From Heptranchias perlo (taxonomy: Eukaryota): a stretch of DNA of 64,000 bases. The notes beneath the pieces are model-generated. The model was given only the letters and a program-made list of their open reading frames with translations. It was not told where the DNA came from and made no database searches. Of the stretch, positions 60,790 through 64,000 are shown piece by piece. Positions within the stretch are counted from its first letter, which is position 1; the number at the start of each line of letters is the position of its first letter. The translations under genes were made by a program, and so were the position numbers. The stretch is from contig NW_027139256.1 in NCBI RefSeq assembly GCF_035084215.1, positions 62,001 to 126,000 on the forward strand. The letters are read 5' to 3'.

Positions 60790-62005
60790 TCAACCATCAC
60801 CAAGACCGCCCACTTCTACCTTCGTAACGTCGCCCATCTCCGCCCAACTGCTGCTGAAACCCTCATCCGTGCCTTTGTTACCTCTAATGTAAAGAATCTT
60901 ACAACACCAGGTTATAGTCCAACAATTTTATTTGAAAATAACAAGCTTTCGGAGGCTTTCTCCTTCGTCAGGTGAATGTGCGAATCCATGAACGTTTCGC
61001 CTTTATATTCAGAGAACAATACCTGGTGATTACAGATAATCTTTCCAACTGCCCGTTGTCAAGGCAATCAAAGTGTTCAGACAGAGAGAGAGGTGTTACC
61101 GACAGGACCACCGAATACACAAACGGCCAGAACACAAAACAGAGAGAGAGAGAGAGAAACATCCGAAAGGAAGAGAAAGACAGAGAATGACCAGTTGTAT
61201 TAAAAGCAGATAACTTTTATTCGCTGGTGGGGTTACGTGTAGCGTGACATGAACCCAAGACCCTGGTTGAGGCCGTCCTCATGGGTGCGGAACTTGGCTA
61301 TCAATTTCTGCTCGACGATTTTGCGTTGTCGTGTGTCTCGAAGGCCGCCTTGGAGAACGCTTACCCGAAGATCGGCGGCTGAATGTCCTTGACTGCTGAA
61401 GTGTTCCCTGACTGGGAGAACACTTCAGCAGTCAAGGACTGTTACCTCTAGGCTGCACTATTCCAATGCTCTCCTGGCCGGCCTCCCTAAACTCCAGCTC
61501 ATCCAAAACTCTGCCCCCCTCCCCCGTATCCTAACTCGCACTGAGTCCCGTTCACCCGTCACCCCCCCGTGCTCGCTGGACCGACATTGGCTCCCGATCC
61601 GGGAACGCCTCGATTTTAAAATTCCCATCCTTGTTTTCAAATCCTCTCCTTCTCGTCCCCCTCCTCCCGATCTCTGTAACCTCCTCCAGCCCCCTACGAC
61701 CCTCCGAGATCTCTGCGCTCCTCCAATTCTGGCCTCTTGCGCATCCCCCCCGATTTTAATCGCTCCCACCATCGGCGGCCGTGCCTTCAGCTGCCCGGGG
61801 CCCTGAGCTCTGGAATTCCCTCCCTAAACCTCTCCGCCTCTCTCCCTCCTCCTTTAAGACGCTCCTTAAAACCGGCCTCTTTGACCGAGCTTTTGGTCAC
61901 CTGTCCCTAATATCTCCTCATGTGGCTGGGGGTCAGATTTTGTCTGATAATCGCTGCTGCGAAGCAACTTGGTTTAACTACATGAATGCAAATTGTTATT
62001 ATTAA
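60790..62005 (+). mobile_element. L2 LINE 3' fragment interrupted by a Penelope element
   Basis: ITKTAHFYLRNVAHLRP..AETLIRAFVTS | RLHYSNALLAGLP. Confidence 0.85.
60887..61439 (-). mobile_element. Penelope-like family 1 fragment with GIY-YIG C-terminus and hammerhead (60939..60975); TSD tgttacctcta
   Basis: Minus strand reads PVREHFSSQGHSAADLRVSVLQGGLRDTRQRKIVEQKLIAKFRTHEDGLN. TSD at 60876-60886 and 61440-61450. A short inverted piece lies at the truncated end. Confidence 0.9.
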
Positions 62006-62043
62006 TAATTTTTTATAAACCTGAGCCTAATCAGTGGTGGAAC

Positions 62044-62364
62044 AAACAGCCTTGTGTAAAATAAGGGGAATAAACCCCCTCCCCCCCAGACCCTGAACAA
62101 GGGCCTGCAGGAAGTCGTTGCCCTGACGACCGAGCCGGCGCAAGTCCCGCCCCTCGGGCGCCCCCCCGGATTGGTTGGAGGACCCGCCGCCGCCCTCGGT
62201 CCTCCAGGCGCCGCCCCTCGCTCCCTATTGGTCCGAAGCTCGCGTCAATCACCCACCCCCGCGGATCACGTGTCTCCGGGAAGGATCACGTGCTCCGCCG
62301 AGGCTGAATCCGCTCCGTCCGGTGCCCGGGGAACCCTCGCACTCTCCGGTTTGGCGGGGTTTTA
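62044..62364 (+). promoter_or_regulatory. Conserved promoter-like module P8 (upstream of ZNF-H)
   Basis: Same ordered motifs as P1; upstream flank shared with P6. Confidence 0.7.
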
Positions 62365-62891
62365 TTATTTCATTCTCTTCCCCTCCTCTGATCTCGGGAA
62401 AACTCGCTTTCCTTCCCCTCCCCCCTCCCCCCTCCCTCTCACTAAATTCCGACTCTTAACCGGACTTCATGACGGAGGCCTCCCCTCGGGTGGGGGCTCA
62501 GTGCGCAGGCGCAGGAGGATGATTGACGCTGGGTGTGCACCCCGAGCATGCGCGGTCTCGGACCGAAGAGGATCACGGGGGTGGGCGGGGCCTCCGGGTT
62601 CGGAGGAGCAACGGCCAGCTCACTGGGGCGCATGCGCGGTCTGGGGCGGTCGGCCGGAGCGGTTTCTGACGCGCGAGGGATTGTGGTCGCCGACCCCAAT
62701 ATCCGCTTCCGGTGTCACGACTGTGGCCCAAGTTGTTATCTCTGCCTCTTCCCTCACTCGCCTCCTTCATCCCCCCACCCCCACCCCCACCAGCGGCTCC
62801 ACCCGGACCCTGACTCTCTCTTCCCTACTGATGTGCCCGCGGAAAGCCTGTTTATTGTTAATTCGAGGCAAAATTAGCCAACCTAAAAGAA

Positions 62892-63639
62892 TGTCAGGAA
62901 TCTTCCAACACCAGGTTATAGTCCAACAGTTTTATTTGAAAGTCACAAGCTTTCGGAGGCTTCCTCCTTCGTCAGGCGAGTGTGGGATTCCGTGAAGGTT
63001 ACCGCATATATAGTCAGATAACAATGCCTGGTGATTACAGATAATCTTTCCAACTGCCCGTTGTCAAGGCAATCAGACAGAGAGACATTACATACAGGAC
63101 CACTGAATATACAAACGGTCCGAACCCAAAGGCAGAGAGAGAGAGAGAGAGAGAAACATCCGAAAGGCAGAGAGAGAGAGAGAGAAACATCCGAAAGGAA
63201 GAGAGACAATGAGAGAAACATCCGAAAGGAAGAGAGAGAGATCTTGGGTTCGTGTCACGCTACACGTAACCCCACCAGCGAAAAAAGAGTAATCTGTTTT
63301 TAATACAACTGGTCATTCTCTCTCTTTCTCTTCCTTTCGGATGTTTCTCTCTCTCTGTCTTTGGGTTCGGACTGTTTGTATATTCAGTAGTCCTGTGTGT
63401 AATGTCTCTCTGTCTGATTGCCTTGACAACGGGCAGTTGGCAAGATTATCTGTAATCACCAGGCATTGTTCTCTGACTATATATGCGGTAACCTTCACGA
63501 AATCCCACACTCACCTGACGAAGGAGGAAGCCTCCGAAAGCTTGTGATTTTCAAATAAAACTGTTGGACTATAACCTGGTGTTGTAAGATTCCTGACATT
63601 TGTCCACCCCAGTCCATCACCGGCATCTCCACATCAAAT
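62892..63639. mobile_element. Fold-back Penelope family 1 element with hammerheads at 62943..62979 (-) and 63511..63547 (+)
   Basis: Inverted arms of about 300 bp. Candidate TSD ctaaaagaa at 62883-62891 and 63640-63648. Confidence 0.88.
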
Positions 63640-63698
63640 CTAAAAGAAAAACATGCTCCCTCTTACCCTTTCTAAACTTGTTTTATGCTTTATTAGAA

Positions 63699-64000
63699 AT
63701 GGAGGATTTGCAGACGGGGAGCTCAAACCGAACATCAGGTCAGGATCTGACCGAGTCGCTCGATTCATCAGGACCCAAGAATCATCGGCCTTTGCACGCG
63801 GAAGGAGAGGGCGCCGATCGCAGCCCGGACAGACCGCACTCGTGTTCCGCGTGTGGACGCGGATTCAGCCGATCGTCCGACCTGGAGAGGCACAGGTGTG
63901 ACCGCGCCGGGGAGAGACGGTACAAGTGCGGGGACTGCGGGAAGGGATTCAACTACCCGTCCAAACTGGAAACACATCGGCGCAGTCACACCGGGGAGAG
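63699..64000 (+). CDS. C2H2 zinc-finger protein H, 5' part (runs off the window)
   Basis: Manual translation from ATG 63699: MEDLQTGSSNRTSGQDLTESLDSSGPKNHRPLHAEGEG...CSACGRGF...[26 protein letters not shown]. Confidence 0.75.
   Translation, partial: MEDLQTGSSNRTSGQDLTESLDSSGPKNHRPLHAEGEGADRSPDRPHSCSACGRGFSRSSDLERHRCDRAGERRYKCGDCGKGFNYPSKLETHRRSHTGE

Overview
This is a eukaryotic, repeat-dense vertebrate window. The TE families and zinc-finger style suggest a cartilaginous fish (inference). On the left are the first two coding exons of DCAF11/WDR23 on the minus strand. Its intron 2 holds an inverting 39-bp satellite, its intron 1 holds a G-rich repeat, and a CCAAT-repeat promoter abuts a 200-N gap. 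The rest is a head-to-tail + strand array of eight C2H2 zinc-finger genes (A-H; H runs off the window), each with a single coding exon and no recognisable KRAB/SCAN/BTB domain. They are built from one duplicated cassette: a conserved ~280-bp promoter-like module, NRF1-like repeats, an antisense CR1 relic, a splice acceptor, the finger exon, a decayed-finger 3' tail and a conserved polyA block. The array is invaded by CR1, L2 and other LINEs, SINEs and two Penelope-like families carrying ten minimal hammerhead-ribozyme motifs, several in fold-back elements. Two large tandem repeats still show their unexpanded seed sequences. TE boundaries are approximate, read by eye.
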